A DNA stretch of 64,000 nt from the human T2T-CHM13v2.0 reference genome, Homo sapiens. How positions within the stretch are numbered: the stretch's first letter is position 1; each line of letters opens with the position of its first letter. Below are positions 13,801 to 26,074 of this stretch, piece after piece. The DNA is taken from the NCBI RefSeq assembly GCF_009914755.1, contig NC_060934.1. One strand, given 5' to 3'. The notes beneath the pieces were generated by a model, which ran no database searches, had not been told where the DNA came from, and saw nothing but the letters and a program-made list of their open reading frames with translations. The position numbers and the translations under genes are program-made.

Positions 13801-16343
13801 GCTTCCCACATTCCCACAGGAGCCATGGCAAAGGCCAAAGGGGCCAAGGGAGGCCACTGTCCCCACACCCCATGCTTCCCTTCGAGAGGGGGATTTGCTC
13901 CCTCCAACAGGACAGTTTCCAGGAGCATATGTTCGGTATTGACCTGGTCAAGTTTCCTAGCTACTCTCTCCCCTCGCCTGTCCAAAACTCCACATATGCT
14001 CTGCCCAGGAAGCAGGGATGAGCGGGGAGAGTACACGGCATATTGGTGGCTCCAAACTTCCTCCCAAGCGATGCTGTCTCAGATGTGCCCCTCCTGCCTC
14101 CTCCGGGGGCGCTGCGGTTCAGGTGGTCCTGACCCAGCTGGGACCCACTTCACATCCCCAAGCCCTGCCCTCCCCTGTGTGGTGCCAGCAGGAGGAGCGG
14201 CCCTCACCACGCCCGTCCTCCTCCCTCTCTGCCTCAGTGTACCTTCCCAGCAAGGCCGGCCCCAAGGCCCCGACTGCCTGCCTGCCACCACCCAGGCCCC
14301 AGAGGCCAGTGACCAAGGCCCGCCGGCCACCACCCCGGCCCCACCGGCGAGCAGAGACCAAGGCCCGCCTGCCACCACCCAGGCCCCAGAGACCAGCAGA
14401 GACCAAGGTCCCTGAGGAGATCCCCCCAGAAGTGGTGCAGGAGTATGTGGACATCATGGAGGAGCTGCTGGGGCCTTCCCTCGGGGCCACGGGGGAGCCC
14501 GAGAAACAACGGGAAGAGAGCGAAGTGAAGCAGCCACAGGAAGAGGACTGGACGCCCCCAGACCCGGGCCTCCTGAGCTACACTGACAAGCTGTGTTCCC
14601 AGAAAGACTTCGTCACCAAGGTGGGCTGGCCTGGAGTGCTGGGGTCTGCTGGATTCCAGGGGGTGGCACTCCCAGGTCCTTGGAATTAAGCTCTGTTCCT
14701 TAGCTACTCAGCAGTGTGTGTATTTCCATGGATTTGAGTGTCTGTGTATGTGATTGTGTGTGTGTCTGTGTGTTGCTGTGTGTTTGTGTCTGTGGTTTGT
14801 TACTGTGTGTCTTTGTGTGTCTGTGTGGGTGTGAGTGTGGAGTGTGTACGTTACCTGTGTCTGTGTCTTTTCCTGTGTCATATGTGGGTCTGTTTGTGTG
14901 TCTGTGTGTGGTTTGTGTGTCTCTGTCTGTGTGTGTGTAGCTACCAGGTCTGTGGTCTGTGTCTGTAGCTGGTGGTCACCATGATATGAGACAGCCCCAG
15001 GAGGGTGGGGACGGGGCGCTCGCTGCTTTCTGCATCTCCTCCAGGTGTCCTTGGCTCCAGGTTACTCCCTGCCCAGGAAGCTCACGCCTTCTTCCTTCTG
15101 TTTCCAGGTGGAGGCCGTCATTCATCCCCAATTCCTGGAAGAATTGCTTTCCCCAGATCCACAGATGGATTTCTTGGCCCTAAGCCAGGAGCTGGAGCAG
15201 GAGGAAGGACTCACCCTTGCCCAGGTACCCCAGGGGCAGGAGGGACCTGGCACACAAGGCCCACCTGATTGTGTAATCCCCCCCGCTGGGGATGCTCGGC
15301 TTCTTGGGGAGCCACTCTGGAGTGGGAAGATGCAGGTTCAGAGGGAGTAGGATGGACAGGAGCCAGGGAGGGGAGTCAGCATGCAAGCTGTGGTGAGGCC
15401 CAACAGGAGGCCCGGCAGAGCCACACCCTCTCTCTTTGACATAAAGCCCAGCTGCCTCAGGCTTCCCTACCTGCCGCCTAAGTGCCCTGGTCTCCACCAC
15501 CCTGGGCCCCGCTCACACCTGGGGCAGTGCCCGTAAGTGCCCCCTTTCCTCCCGCAGCTAGTGGAGAAGCGCCTCCTACCCTTGAAGGAGAAACAGCATG
15601 CGAGGGCAGCCCCTAGTCGTGGCACAGCCCGGTTGGACTCAAGTTCTTCTAAGTTTGCAGCTGGCCAAGGAGCAGAGAGAGACGTCCCTGACCCCCAACA
15701 AGGGGTTGGCATGGAAACCTGCCCACCCCAGACGACTGCCCGGGACTCTCAGGGACGAGGCAGAGCACACACTGGCATGGCCAGGTCCAAAGACTCTGTT
15801 GTGCTTTTGGGATGTCAGGATTCCCCTGGGCTGAGGGCTGCCCGGCCAACCTCTCCTCCCCAGGACCACAGACCCACCTGCCCTGGCGTGGGTACCAAGG
15901 ATGCCTTGGATCTCCCTGGAGGGTCTCCTGTCAGGGAGTCACATGGGCTGGCTCAGGGGTCAAGTGAGGAGGAGGAACTCCCCAGCCTGGCCTTCCTCTT
16001 GGGTTCCCAGCACAAGCTTCTGCCCTGGTGGCTACCCCAGAGCCCTGTCCCTGCCTCGGGCCTTCTCAGCCCAGAAAAGTGGGGACCCCAGGGAACTCAT
16101 CAGTTCCCATCTGCTGAGAGAAGAGGCCTCAACCTAGCACCTTCTCCTGCCAACAAGGCCAAGAAGCGACCTCTCTTTGGAAGCCTGTCCCCTGCTGAAA
16201 AGACACCCCACCCAGGGCCTGGGCTCAGGGTCTCTGGGGAGCAATCCCTGACTTGGGGGCTGGGTGGCCCCTCACAGTCTCAAAAGAGAAAGGGTGACCC
16301 CTTGGTCTCCAGGAAGGAGAAGAAGCAGCGTTGTAGCCAGTAG
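7683..16343 (+). CDS. NUTM2D: NUT family member 2 (FAM22), 7 coding exons, 806 aa
   Basis: join(7683-7848,9898-10597,12555-12683,13656-13795,14238-14620,15108-15224,15558-16343) = 2421 nt. All introns are GT-AG with compatible phases. The [11 protein letters not shown] start and 806-aa length match NUTM2D as remembered (NUTM2A is 72 aa longer). Paralogs are near-identical, so the symbol is slightly less certain than the family. Confidence 0.9.
9898..10597 (+). CDS. NUTM2D: NUTM2D exon 2 (Pro/Ala/Gly-rich region, start of the NUT domain)
   Basis: Acceptor TTTGTCTCCACAG|CA; AYPALGPG...[13 protein letters not shown]...SCFL; donor AT|GTGAGT. Confidence 0.95.
11120..11290 (+). mobile_element. MIR fragment
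   Basis: GCATAGCACAGTGCCTGGCACA core. Confidence 0.65.
11723..11755. repeat. 33-bp perfect inverted repeat, arm 1 (intron 2)
   Basis: GGCCTTTGCCATGGCTCCTGTGGGAATGTGGGA is the exact reverse complement of 13804-13836. Confidence 0.97.
11880..12335. mobile_element. MER5A-like fragment interrupted by an MLT1A-type MaLR LTR (-, ~11961-12315)
   Basis: GGAACCTGCACTTTAAC..CCCCAGGTCATTCTG (MER5A), followed by TGTCTCAGTCAGCTCAGGCT...AGAAGTCCCAGATCAAGGTG (MLT1A). Confidence 0.7.
12555..12683 (+). CDS. NUTM2D: NUTM2D exon 3
   Basis: TTTACAG|C; [19 protein letters not shown]...FYEMAE; donor AA|GTGAGT. Confidence 0.95.
13656..13795 (+). CDS. NUTM2D: NUTM2D exon 4
   Basis: CCGCCAG|G; [14 protein letters not shown]...VVKQP; donor CAG|GTATGG. 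Confidence 0.95.
13804..13836. repeat. 33-bp perfect inverted repeat, arm 2 (starts at +9 of intron 4)
   Basis: TCCCACATTCCCACAGGAGCCATGGCAAAGGCC. Confidence 0.97.
14238..14620 (+). CDS. NUTM2D: NUTM2D exon 5
   Basis: CCTCAG|TG; YLPSKAGP...[14 protein letters not shown]...DFVTK; donor AAG|GTGGGC. Confidence 0.95.
14281..14412 (+). repeat. Coding minisatellite, 3 units of 42-45 bp (LPPPRPQRP(A/V)ETKA-like)
   Basis: Units at 14281-14322, 14323-14367 and 14368-14412. Confidence 0.9.
14713..14970 (+). repeat. Degenerate (TG)n tract in intron 5
   Basis: TGTGTG/TGTCTG reiterations. Confidence 0.9.
15108..15224 (+). CDS. NUTM2D: NUTM2D exon 6
   Basis: TTTCCAG|GTG; [15 protein letters not shown]...LTLAQ; donor CAG|GTACCC. 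Confidence 0.95.
15558..16343 (+). CDS. NUTM2D: NUTM2D exon 7 (coding part)
   Basis: CCCGCAG|CTA; LVEKRLL...KEKKQRCSQ*. Confidence 0.95.
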   Translation, partial: LVEKRLLPLKEKQHARAAPSRGTARLDSSSSKFAAGQGAERDVPDPQQGVGMETCPPQTTARDSQGRGRAHTGMARSKDSVVLLGCQDSPGLRAARPTSPPQDHRPTCPGVGTKDALDLPGGSPVRESHGLAQGSSEEEELPSLAFLLGSQHKLLPWWLPQSPVPASGLLSPEKWGPQGTHQFPSAERRGLNLAPSPANKAKKRPLFGSLSPAEKTPHPGPGLRVSGEQSLTWGLGGPSQSQKRKGDPLVSRKEKKQRCSQ

Positions 16344-16589
16344 GGGCTTCTGAGCAGGCTCTCTGGGGCCGATCCCCAAGGATGGGGCTCTGGCATCCGA
16401 TGCCCCAAAGCGGTCAAAAGCTTCTTCTCCCCCAGTGCTGATCTTGCTGGGCCTTAGCTTTGGAGGGTAGGGGAGGGAGGGGAGGGAGAGGGTGGCTGAA
16501 TGGGGAGGGCAGGAAGGGAGGGTCTGGGGGGAAGGGGCTGGGGAGTGGGGGTGGGAAGCAGTGCGTTGGGGGCCTCGTGTGTAAGTGTG

Positions 16590-16595
16590 AATAAA
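16590..16595 (+). terminator. Polyadenylation signal AATAAA of NUTM2D
   Basis: First AATAAA after the stop, with GU-rich sequence downstream. Confidence 0.7.
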
Positions 16596-18539
16596 TGTAG
16601 TTGTCTTGGAAAATGCTCTTGGGGCTGCTGCCTCTGTCCTCGGTGCTGTGCTGCTCTGTGGAGGGTGTCTGTGAGGGAGGGCAGAGGAACCGGCAGATGC
16701 CAGGCTCTGGGAACCCACAGGGGCCGGCCCCACTCTTTCCTCCTGACGTAGGGAGCCCCTTCAGATGCTCCAGGGACTGACAGATGCTGAGGAAGCCCTG
16801 ATCCCTCCCACCACCCACTCACAAGGCCCTGCCTGCTTTAGGGAGGCTTCTTGGGGCCCCCCCATCGTTATCAGCATCCCTGGAAAATCCTGGGATTGGA
16901 GAGAGCTGGCTGGCTCTTGTTCTGCTCGGTGGGAGCTGAGGAGAAGGCAGCCGCCTGCAACATGGACATGGGGAGAGGAGGCTGCTCCTGCTTAACCCTC
17001 ATCAGGAAGAGCGCGGGCACTGGGCTGAGGGGAGACGTTGAGGTGACCATCCACACAGGTGTGTTTGGGATACGATGATGGGTGGGGAGCAGGGGAAGTC
17101 CTTCTGCCTGTTTCTGGGCAGGAGAGAGTCTTGTCCAACTAGCTAAAGCAGATGCTCCTTGCTGTGGCCACAGGGACTGGCCTCGGGGCCCTCAAGGTCC
17201 TGCATGGAGCCCCCCACAGCTATGATTCCCTTCCCATATGATGACTGAACTCATGTGGAATTGATGTAGACACAGATTTACATTGGTTTCTAAAACAGTT
17301 CCCTCCCAACACACCATCACCAATGGGAACAAGCATGTCCAGTCCATCAGGCGCAGGGTGGGTGTTTCTGCTGGTTCCAGGGCCCGGAGGAGCTGGGGCC
17401 CAGGCCAAGAGGGGCCGAGGGTCTGCCGCCCTTCTGCCAGGCACAGACCCCAAGGGCAGAGCAGGGGCTGCCTGGGATGTGGCATTGGCTGTCTGGGAAG
17501 TGCCCTGGGAGTTGGGGGCTAGGTGTTCGCCAAAGGGAGACTTCCAGAGTCTATGAGTGAGATGAGGACTGCATCAGGAGAGGGACCGAGGCTGGGGAGG
17601 ATGCTCTGCTCTTTCCCAGGTTGTCCTGTCTTCCCAATCTCTGCTGAACTGCCCTCACCCCATGGGCCAACTCTGCCCCCCTTACCCCTAACCCACCTCT
17701 TAGAATCTCAGATCCCAGCGTGGACAGGACCCGGCACCCACCCTGGTTCCCTCCTGGCCAACACCTTCTTCTCCACGGTCTGAGTTCTGATTCCTCCCCC
17801 AGGGCGCTTATTGGCTCAGGACCCCTGTGACTGCCAGGGCACTGGTCCCAGCACTGCCTGCGTGCAGAGCTGTGGTCACGGCGCTGGGGGCTGGCCCAGC
17901 AGCAGAGGCTGGTGGGGCAAAGCTGTCTGGTACACGGTGGCCTGGCCCCTCGGCCAAGTGACAAAGGGAGCCATGTTTGGGTCCTCTCTGGCCCCATCTG
18001 CCCACAGAACACAGCAGTCAGCCTGACAGATGCCCCTCTGCCCCGTCCCTTCTGCTCGATGTGGGCAGTGTCGGAGGCCTGCTGTCTTCTGTGGCCTTTG
18101 GGAAGGAGAGTTTATCTTGGCAGGGCTTCCCCAGCTCAGTGCACGTCAGGCCCTCGGGGAAAATGTGGGGAGCGAAGAGTCACTGGTGGGTGATGTGGGC
18201 AGCTCCCGTGACTCCTCTACATTCACGGCCATCCTCAGGAGATAAGGTAGCACTGCCCCTTTGCAGGGTTTAGGAATGTTAAGTGAGCCGTGTTTGAAGG
18301 GAACATGGTCCATACTCTGGCGTGTGTGGGTGCCCAGCCAACTTCCTCACCTAAGGGTGAAAGTGACACCTTGGGGCTCCTACTGGTTACCCCACTGGCT
18401 GTTGTCTATCCTACTGTCCCTGTCCTTGTCTTGGCTGAGCCATTCCTAGGAAGCAGAACTTGTGCTTCCTCCACCTCTGTGTCCCACCTGAGCCCTACAA
18501 TCTGCCCCTAAATGGGCACAGTGGGGCTGACTGGGGGGC

Positions 18540-18918
18540 TCTGGTAGACTGAACATACGTCCCCCGCCCAGTTCCTGTGCTGAAGCCCTAACCCCCAACG
18601 TGATGGTATTTGGAAATGGGGCCTTTGGGAGTTATTCAGGGTTAGAAGAGACCATGAGGGTGGGGCCCTAATGATGGGATTAGGGCCCTGGTAAGAAGCA
18701 GAGACCCCAGAGCTCTCTCTCTCCCTGACACAAGGACACAGTGAGAAGGCGGCCATCTGCAAGCCAGAGAGAGAGCCCTCACCAGAACCTTGCCCACTGG
18801 GATGCTAACCTCGGACTTCCAGCCTCCAGACTGTGACAAATACATTTCTTTTTTTAATATGTGCCACCACCCCCAAGTCTATGGCACTTTGTCCTAGCAG
18901 CCCTATGTGACTAGGACA
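18540..18918 (+). mobile_element. MLT1A-type MaLR LTR
   Basis: GTGATGGTATTTGGAAATGGGGCCTTTGGGAG ... GGACTTCCAGCCTCCAGACTGTGA. Confidence 0.85.
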
Positions 18919-19078
18919 AAGTCCATAATCTCAAGAACTTCCTTCATGACTGGTATCTGGAAACCGTGCATCAGAGCCACGGGAAAGAAAGGCTCGGCCC
19001 TTTACAACTGTCAGCACACCTCCACCCCAAGTGCAGTGTATCACACGTGAACCAGGAGAGCCTGGGACGCAGTGAGTT

Positions 19079-19636
<558 letters not shown>

Positions 19637-20121
19637 TATCAATATTCTTTATATGTTTTGCTATTCCCATTTAAAAGAGGGAAACTGTAGCTATACACTT
19701 TCTAGTCATGTTCTTTGGTGATTTTCCTGCACAAACCAACATTGTTCTTCAGAAATATAATTTCCCCTAGAATTACCCTCCATCCAAAACATATTGTTAT
19801 TCTATCACAGAGATAAATAATGGCTTTCCAAATCCTGGTTAAAAAAACCAAACACTCTCTTCTTCTCTGTATTTTTCCAGAACAGGCATAGATGATGGCA
19901 ATTGTGTTTTACCATCTTTTTTTTTTTCTGAGATGTTAGTTTTCTAGGATATGGAAATCTTAGGATTCATAAAAAATGAAACAACTTTTTGAAATGTTAG
20001 TTTTCCAAAATTGGACAATCTTTTTGAGCCATTCTATTTTTAGGACTATTCGTTAGCTGACTTTAGAGCCTTTAATGTTTCGTTATTATTTCAAACAATA
20101 GAGAACTTTACTCCCCCCCAA

Positions 20122-20285
20122 ATTTTGAGACAGGGTCTGGCTCTGTCATGCAGGAGGCTGTCTGTAGTGCAGCGGCACAGTCTCAGCTCACTGCAACCTC
20201 CGCCTCTTGGGCTCAAGTGATCCTTCCACCTCAGCCTCCTGAGTAGCTGGGACTGTAGGTGCAGGCCACCACATCTGGCTAATTT
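20122..20285 (-). mobile_element. Alu monomer (FRAM or AluJ right arm)
   Basis: Flanked by the direct repeat AAACAATAGAGAACTT. Confidence 0.85.
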
Positions 20286-20411
20286 TAAACAATAGAGAAC
20301 TTCCAAAACAAAAGTTCTTTATTAATTCTTCAAGAAATCTGTTTTTTACTTAGTCGATTAATGTCCATCTCATGTTGCCTCAATAGCCCATGTATGAATC
20401 ACTCTTCTTGC

Positions 20412-20880
20412 AGATTTTGTTCAGTTTTGTTGTATGTAGACCCATCTTTCTTTGAGTTGGTTTCTTTGATTGAGTTGATTTGTCTGTATTAAAACCCAAA
20501 CAATACCTAAGCCAAAAAAGCAATGTAGGCACCTGTGAACTCACACACTTGGTTGCAATTGCTTCAGTAAAAAGGACAGTTTACACTCAAATTGAAGCAA
20601 CCATTATGTTTCCACAAACAACATTCCTTATTATCCCACCTCACCTTTTCATTCTTCCTATGCTGTCTAATCTGATTCTGTACAAGAGATAAGGCAGGTA
20701 CTGCTAAATGATAACTTAGATGCAGGGGCCATCATGAAAATATTCATCCCATATCTTACATTAAGCAAACTACTAGCAACTGTTTGTTAAAAAGTATAAA
20801 TGAATAAATCAAAATAGGACAGATAGGCAGTGTGGGAAGCTAAAATATGGAAGTGTTATTGCTTTGCTTTATGTGGTATA
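20412..20880 (+). pseudogene. Dynein AAA2 C-terminal remnants
   Basis: RFCSVLLYVDPSFFELVSLI (cf. SRCGMVYVDPSDLGW) at 20412-20470; CFA(L)MW with a 1-nt slip at ~20860 (cf. FVFALLWS). Confidence 0.6.
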
Positions 20881-21169
20881 ATGATCTGATTTTATCTTCC
20901 CAGCTCTCCCAGGAAGTATGCAGAATAATATTTATCTCATATTGTGGGTGTGGCAATCAAGACAGAGAGGCTAGATGCTTTACCTAAAGTCATCCAACAA
21001 ATATTTGGTAGAGCCAGTGCTAGAATGCAATAAATGGAAACAGAGTTTATTTCGGTGTTTCTTTTCCTGATACTTGCCCTATTCCTGACAAATGAATAAT
21101 GGCTTCAGAAGGTGTCACTTGTTGCTAGGGCTAAAAGGATAAATTTTACCTGTAATACCGTACCACTTA

Positions 21170-22230
21170 CTATTAGTTAACGACCCAGTATTTATTCTCT
21201 TTTTTTCTTTGGAATCTTTGGAATGTGTAAATATTTGCCTCCCGGGAAGCTCACTTTATCCTCTCCTCAGGAAAAAATCCTGATTTGGTCTGAACCAATC
21301 TTGGTAACTATCTTTCTTGCCAGTTTTGTTTTAGGAATGGGCACGCAACTCAGTTCTAGCCAACGAGATATGAGGAGCAGTCTACTGGGGAGTTTCTGGG
21401 AAAGTTTGTTTTTCTTGTCCTAATAAACAAACAAATAATGGGGTCACTGGATTGGAGATCCTATTGAGTCAAAGGAATATTGAATTTGACACAGTAGAAT
21501 AGTCTGGAAGGAAAGGAAATGATATTCAGTAAATGAAATGCTGAAAATTGATATTATGAAGGTGGCGCAGTAGTTGTTATTGATTAAATGAAACAGTTGA
21601 GATTAAGAAAGTTTAGCCAGGACAAGTTATATAGCACAAATCATTTCAGGTAAGGAAGTTAAAAAAAAACCCTGAGAGGCTAGGAAGTCCTGGCTCCAAA
21701 CTCCTGCTCCTGCTGGACTTGAGCCCCACTAGCTTCTCATCTTCCACTAATCTATGCACCCCTCCTTTCCCACTCCTCAAAAGCCGAGCTCACTCAACAA
21801 CTTTAATTTTATTCAAATAAATTATTTACACAGACATTTTGTTTTTAGTAGATGTTATTAGTGATTAGGAAAAATGAAAGAGATTGACATCTTTCAATTG
21901 ACAGAGATGCCAATAATTTTAAGTATAATTTTTTAAACACTTTGTTCTTAAAATGAGAAAGAAATGTAAGGAAGGGATCACTAGCCTGGGCGTTAGCATG
22001 TCCGAATATGATAACTAAACCTGCTGCAATTATCTTGCAACCAGGGAGGAGCTAGCTTGAAAATAAAGCCAACACAGATGACAAGCAGAAAGTGGAAAGA
22101 ACCTAAGTCGTTGATGATGCTATTGAGCTGATGAATTAAACCTGGAGTGTATGTTCCATGGGCTTCTGTAAGGAATTAAAATATTTTTACTGTTTAAACC
22201 AGTGTTTCATTGTTTTCTGCAGAAATCCTA
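21170..22230 (+). mobile_element. MLT1J-like MaLR LTR in two pieces (21170-21420, 21980-22230) with intervening L2-like sequence
   Basis: TTTAGGAATGGGCACGCAACTCAGTTCTAGCCAACGAGAT; GAAAATAAAGCCAACACAG. Confidence 0.65.
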
Positions 22231-22289
22231 ATTGGCATAAAGAAACTATTGACCGACTAACCCCACTGCAACCTCACCTGACCCCTTAG

Positions 22290-23430
22290 GATGTCCTTTC
22301 ATGATTTTCTTGATTTTGTTGAAGTTACGTATTGAGAATAATGGAAAATCACAGAAGGTGATTTTCTGATCCCAACTCCTTAGCTATGACCTTGTGTCTC
22401 TAGCTCATGATCATGGTTTATGAAGCACGGGAAGGACTGGGAAAAGTAGAAAGTAGGTAGGTAAGATGAGATGTCTGATGATGGAGGTTATTGGGGTCAG
22501 GACAGGTGGATAGGCAAGTTGAAGTGTGTAAGCTAAGCAGGAAATGCAAATGAAAATCAGAGAGAAGGTACCCCTTCAGAACAGATTCTTAGAAAGCCAT
22601 TATTAGAAACATATGGGCCACATCTTTGAGAAAAGTTGTGGAATTCACATTACAGTAATGGCATCACTTAGATTCATGCTCTTCTCTCAGGGAGAGAAAT
22701 CAATATTTATAGGATATCAAAGGGTCTTCATCATGTGTCTCAGTCTGTTTTTATTGCTATAAACAAATACCTGAGGCTGGGTAATATATAAGGAAAAGAG
22801 GTTTATTTGGCTCACACAATTCTGCAGGCTGTACGAGAAGCATGGCACCAGCATCTGCTTCTGTTGAGGGCCTCAGGAAGCCTCCATCGTGGTGGAAGGC
22901 AAAGGGGAACCCGTGTGTCACATGATCAGGGAGGAAGAGAGCAAGAGAGGGGAGGAAGGTATCAGATTCTTTTTAACAATAAGATCTCACAGGAAGTAGG
23001 AGTGAGAACATAATCCCATGAAGACAGCACCAAGCCATTCATGAGGGATCTGCCCCCGTAACCAAAACACCTCCCAGTGCGCCCCACCTCCAACATTGGG
23101 GATCAAATGTCAGCATGAGATTTGGAGGAGACAAACATTCAAACTTTATCATTGTGCTTGTTTTCTTCAGAAATAGACCGAATTGATATGTTTCATGATG
23201 ACATTATGATCTAAAAATGAGAGTTTATTTCAGTTTGTCCTGTATACACCCAAGAGGTCCAGGATATTATTCTGTCTGTCTACCACAAGTCCTGCAAACT
23301 AGAAGATGGCCTTAACAGTCAATCTAGGGTGGTTCTGCCCAATGACCTTTTGTCTTTCCTCAGTGTCTTCCAAAGCACATAGTAATATTCTATCATGAAT
23401 TATATGAAAGCTGTTTACATGGATTAAACA
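22290..23430 (+). pseudogene. Dynein AAA3 remnant, split by MSTB
   Basis: DFLIPTP (cf. DILVPT); TGKS P-loop at ~22436-22448; GTPSEQILRKPLLETYGPHL*EKLW...GIT*IHAL...YRISKGLH (cf. GTQ..ELLRQ.LD.GG.YDREKL.W...DITFVAAM...ISPRL.RH); EVQDIILSVYHKSCK...LSVFQS...FYHELY (cf. ATI.VY..V...LS.VFQG...W.HE). Confidence 0.75.
22736..23151 (-). mobile_element. MSTB LTR
   Basis: MST consensus; TSD TCATG/TTGTG (both CpG-decay products of TCGTG). Confidence 0.9.
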
Positions 23431-26074
23431 GTAAATCTGACAAACAGGCTGCTTTTTGATGACTCTAGACATATTTCTTCTTACATTTTAGACATTTGAG
23501 AAAAAAAGTCAAATTTCTTAATACTTTATGTTCAATTGAGTTTGAAGCCATAAAGAGGAAGGAAATAATAAGGATTAGAGCAAAAATAAATGAAATAGAG
23601 AATAGAAAAACAATAGAATCAATGAAACAAAAAATTAGTTCTTTGAAGAGATCAACAAAGTTGACAAAGCTTTAACTAGATTAAGGAAAAAGAATACTCA
23701 ACTACTAAAATCAGAAATGAAAAACACTACTACTGATTTATAGGAATAAAAAGGATTGTAAGAGAATTCGTATAAGAGCTATATGTCAAAAAATTGGATA
23801 ACCTAGATGAAACAGACAAATTCCTAGAAACATACAAACCAACAAAGTTGACTCAAGAACAAAGAATAAATCTGAATAGATCTATAAAAAGTAATGATAT
23901 TCAATTCTGATTGAATCAGCAACCAAAACTCTCCTAACAAAGAAAAGCCCAGGAACTGATGACTTCGCTGGTGAATTCTACCAAACGTTTAGAAATGAAT
24001 TAACACTAATCCTTCTCGAACTCCTCCAAAAAGTTGAGAAACAGAACCCTTTCTGAGTCATTCTATGAAGCCAACATTACCCTGATACCAAAGCTAGACA
24101 GACAATACAAGAAAACTATAGCCAAATGTCCCCTATGAATGCATTATAGATACAAAAATCCCCAACAAAATACTAGGAAATTAAATTCAGCAGCCCTTAA
24201 AAGAATTTTACACTATGACCAACTGAGATTTATCCCAGAAATTTAAGAGTGGTTTAACGTATGAAAATCAGTCGATGTAATACACCAAGTAATAGAATGA
24301 AGGAGTGAAAAACTCATGATCATCTCAATTGATATAGAAGAACATTTGAGAAAATCCATTCCTCCTTTATGATAGAACTGTTCAACAAACCAGGAATAGA
24401 AAGGAACTGTCTCAACATGATAAAGACCATGTATTAAAAACTCACGACTGACATCATTCTCAATGGGGAAAAATTTCAAGCTTTTCCACTAAAATCAGAA
24501 GCCATGGATGCCTGTGTTTGCCACTTCTATTCAACATAGTATTGGCAGTTCTAGCCAGACCCATCAGGCAAGAAAAAGAAATAAAATAAATCCAAATTAG
24601 AAAGGAAGAAGTAAAACTATCTCTATTTGCAAGTGATATAAGTGTAGAAAGCCCTAAAGAATACCAAAAATAGCCTCTTAAAGCTAATAAACAAATTTAG
24701 CAAGGCTGCAGAATACAAAATCAACACACAAAAATCAGTCGTGTTTCTACACACTAGCAGTACAAAATCTGAAAAGGAAATTAAGAATTTTTTATTTACA
24801 GTAGTACCCAAAAGAATAAAATATTTAGAAATCAATTTAACCAGGAAGGCAGAAGACTTGTACACTGAAAACTACAAAGCATTCTGGAAAGAAATTAAAG
24901 TAGACTTAAATAAATGGAAAGAGATCCTGTGTTCATAAGTTGGAAGACTTAATATTGTTAAAATGACAACGCTACTCAAAATGATATGTAGAGTCAATGT
25001 AATCACGCTAATAAAATCCCAACAGCGCTTTTGGCAGAAATGGAAAAACCTATTCTAAAATTCATATAAAATTTCAAGGAACCCAAAATAGCCAAAATAA
25101 TCTGAAGAGGAACAAAGTTGTAGGACTCACATTTTCTGATATTAAAATTTACTACATAGCTATAATAATTGAAATAGCATGGACTTGGCACAGAGGTAGA
25201 CAATATAGACCAATGGAATAGAATCGAGAGGCCAGAACTAACACTCACATCTATGGGTAATTAATTTTCAGCAAGGGTTCCAGGATCACTCAATGGGGAA
25301 AAGGACAATCTCTTCAACAAATGGTGTTGGGGAAACTAGATATCCACAAGCAAAAGAATGAAGTTGGACCTATACTTTTACACAATGTACAAACATTAAC
25401 TGAAAATGGATCAAAGACCAAAATTTAATGCTATAAAACACTTAAATATTAAATGCTATAAAACTCTTAGAGGAAAACATACTGAAAAATCTTCATGACC
25501 TTGGGTTTGACAACGGTTTCTTAAATATAACATCAAAAGTACAAGTGATGAAACAACTGATAAATTGGACTTCATCAAAATTGTGTATCAAGTGACACTA
25601 TAAAGAAAGTGAAAAGATAACACAAAAAATTGGAGAAAATGTTTGCAAATCATACATCTGACAAAAAACTAATATACTCAGGCATTTCTTTATGGCAATG
25701 CAAGAATGGCCTAATACAATACCCAAAAGAATTGAATGCATAAAGAATCCTACAACTCAACAAATAAAAGATAAATAACTCAATTTTTTAATGGACAAAA
25801 TACTTAGACACTTCTCTAAAAAAAAGACATGTAAATGGTCAATAAGCAACTCAAAAGATGCTAAAACCACAATGAGATACCACTTTGTACCTACTAGAAT
25901 GGCTATAATTAGAAGAAAAAATAACTAGTGTTGTTGAACATGTGGAGAAATTGGAAACCTAGTATACTGCTGGTGGGAATGTAAATGGTTTAACTGCTGA
26001 GGAAGATAGTTTGGCAATTCCTCAAAACGTAAAACAGAATTATCACCCAGTAATTCTACTCTTAAGTATATACC

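Noticed and set aside
13471-14415. 314-aa ORF and the other long overlapping ORFs in 8-18 kb
   Set aside because: These are read-through of NUTM2D exons into GC-rich introns, or antisense shadows. Only the spliced exons match NUT proteins.
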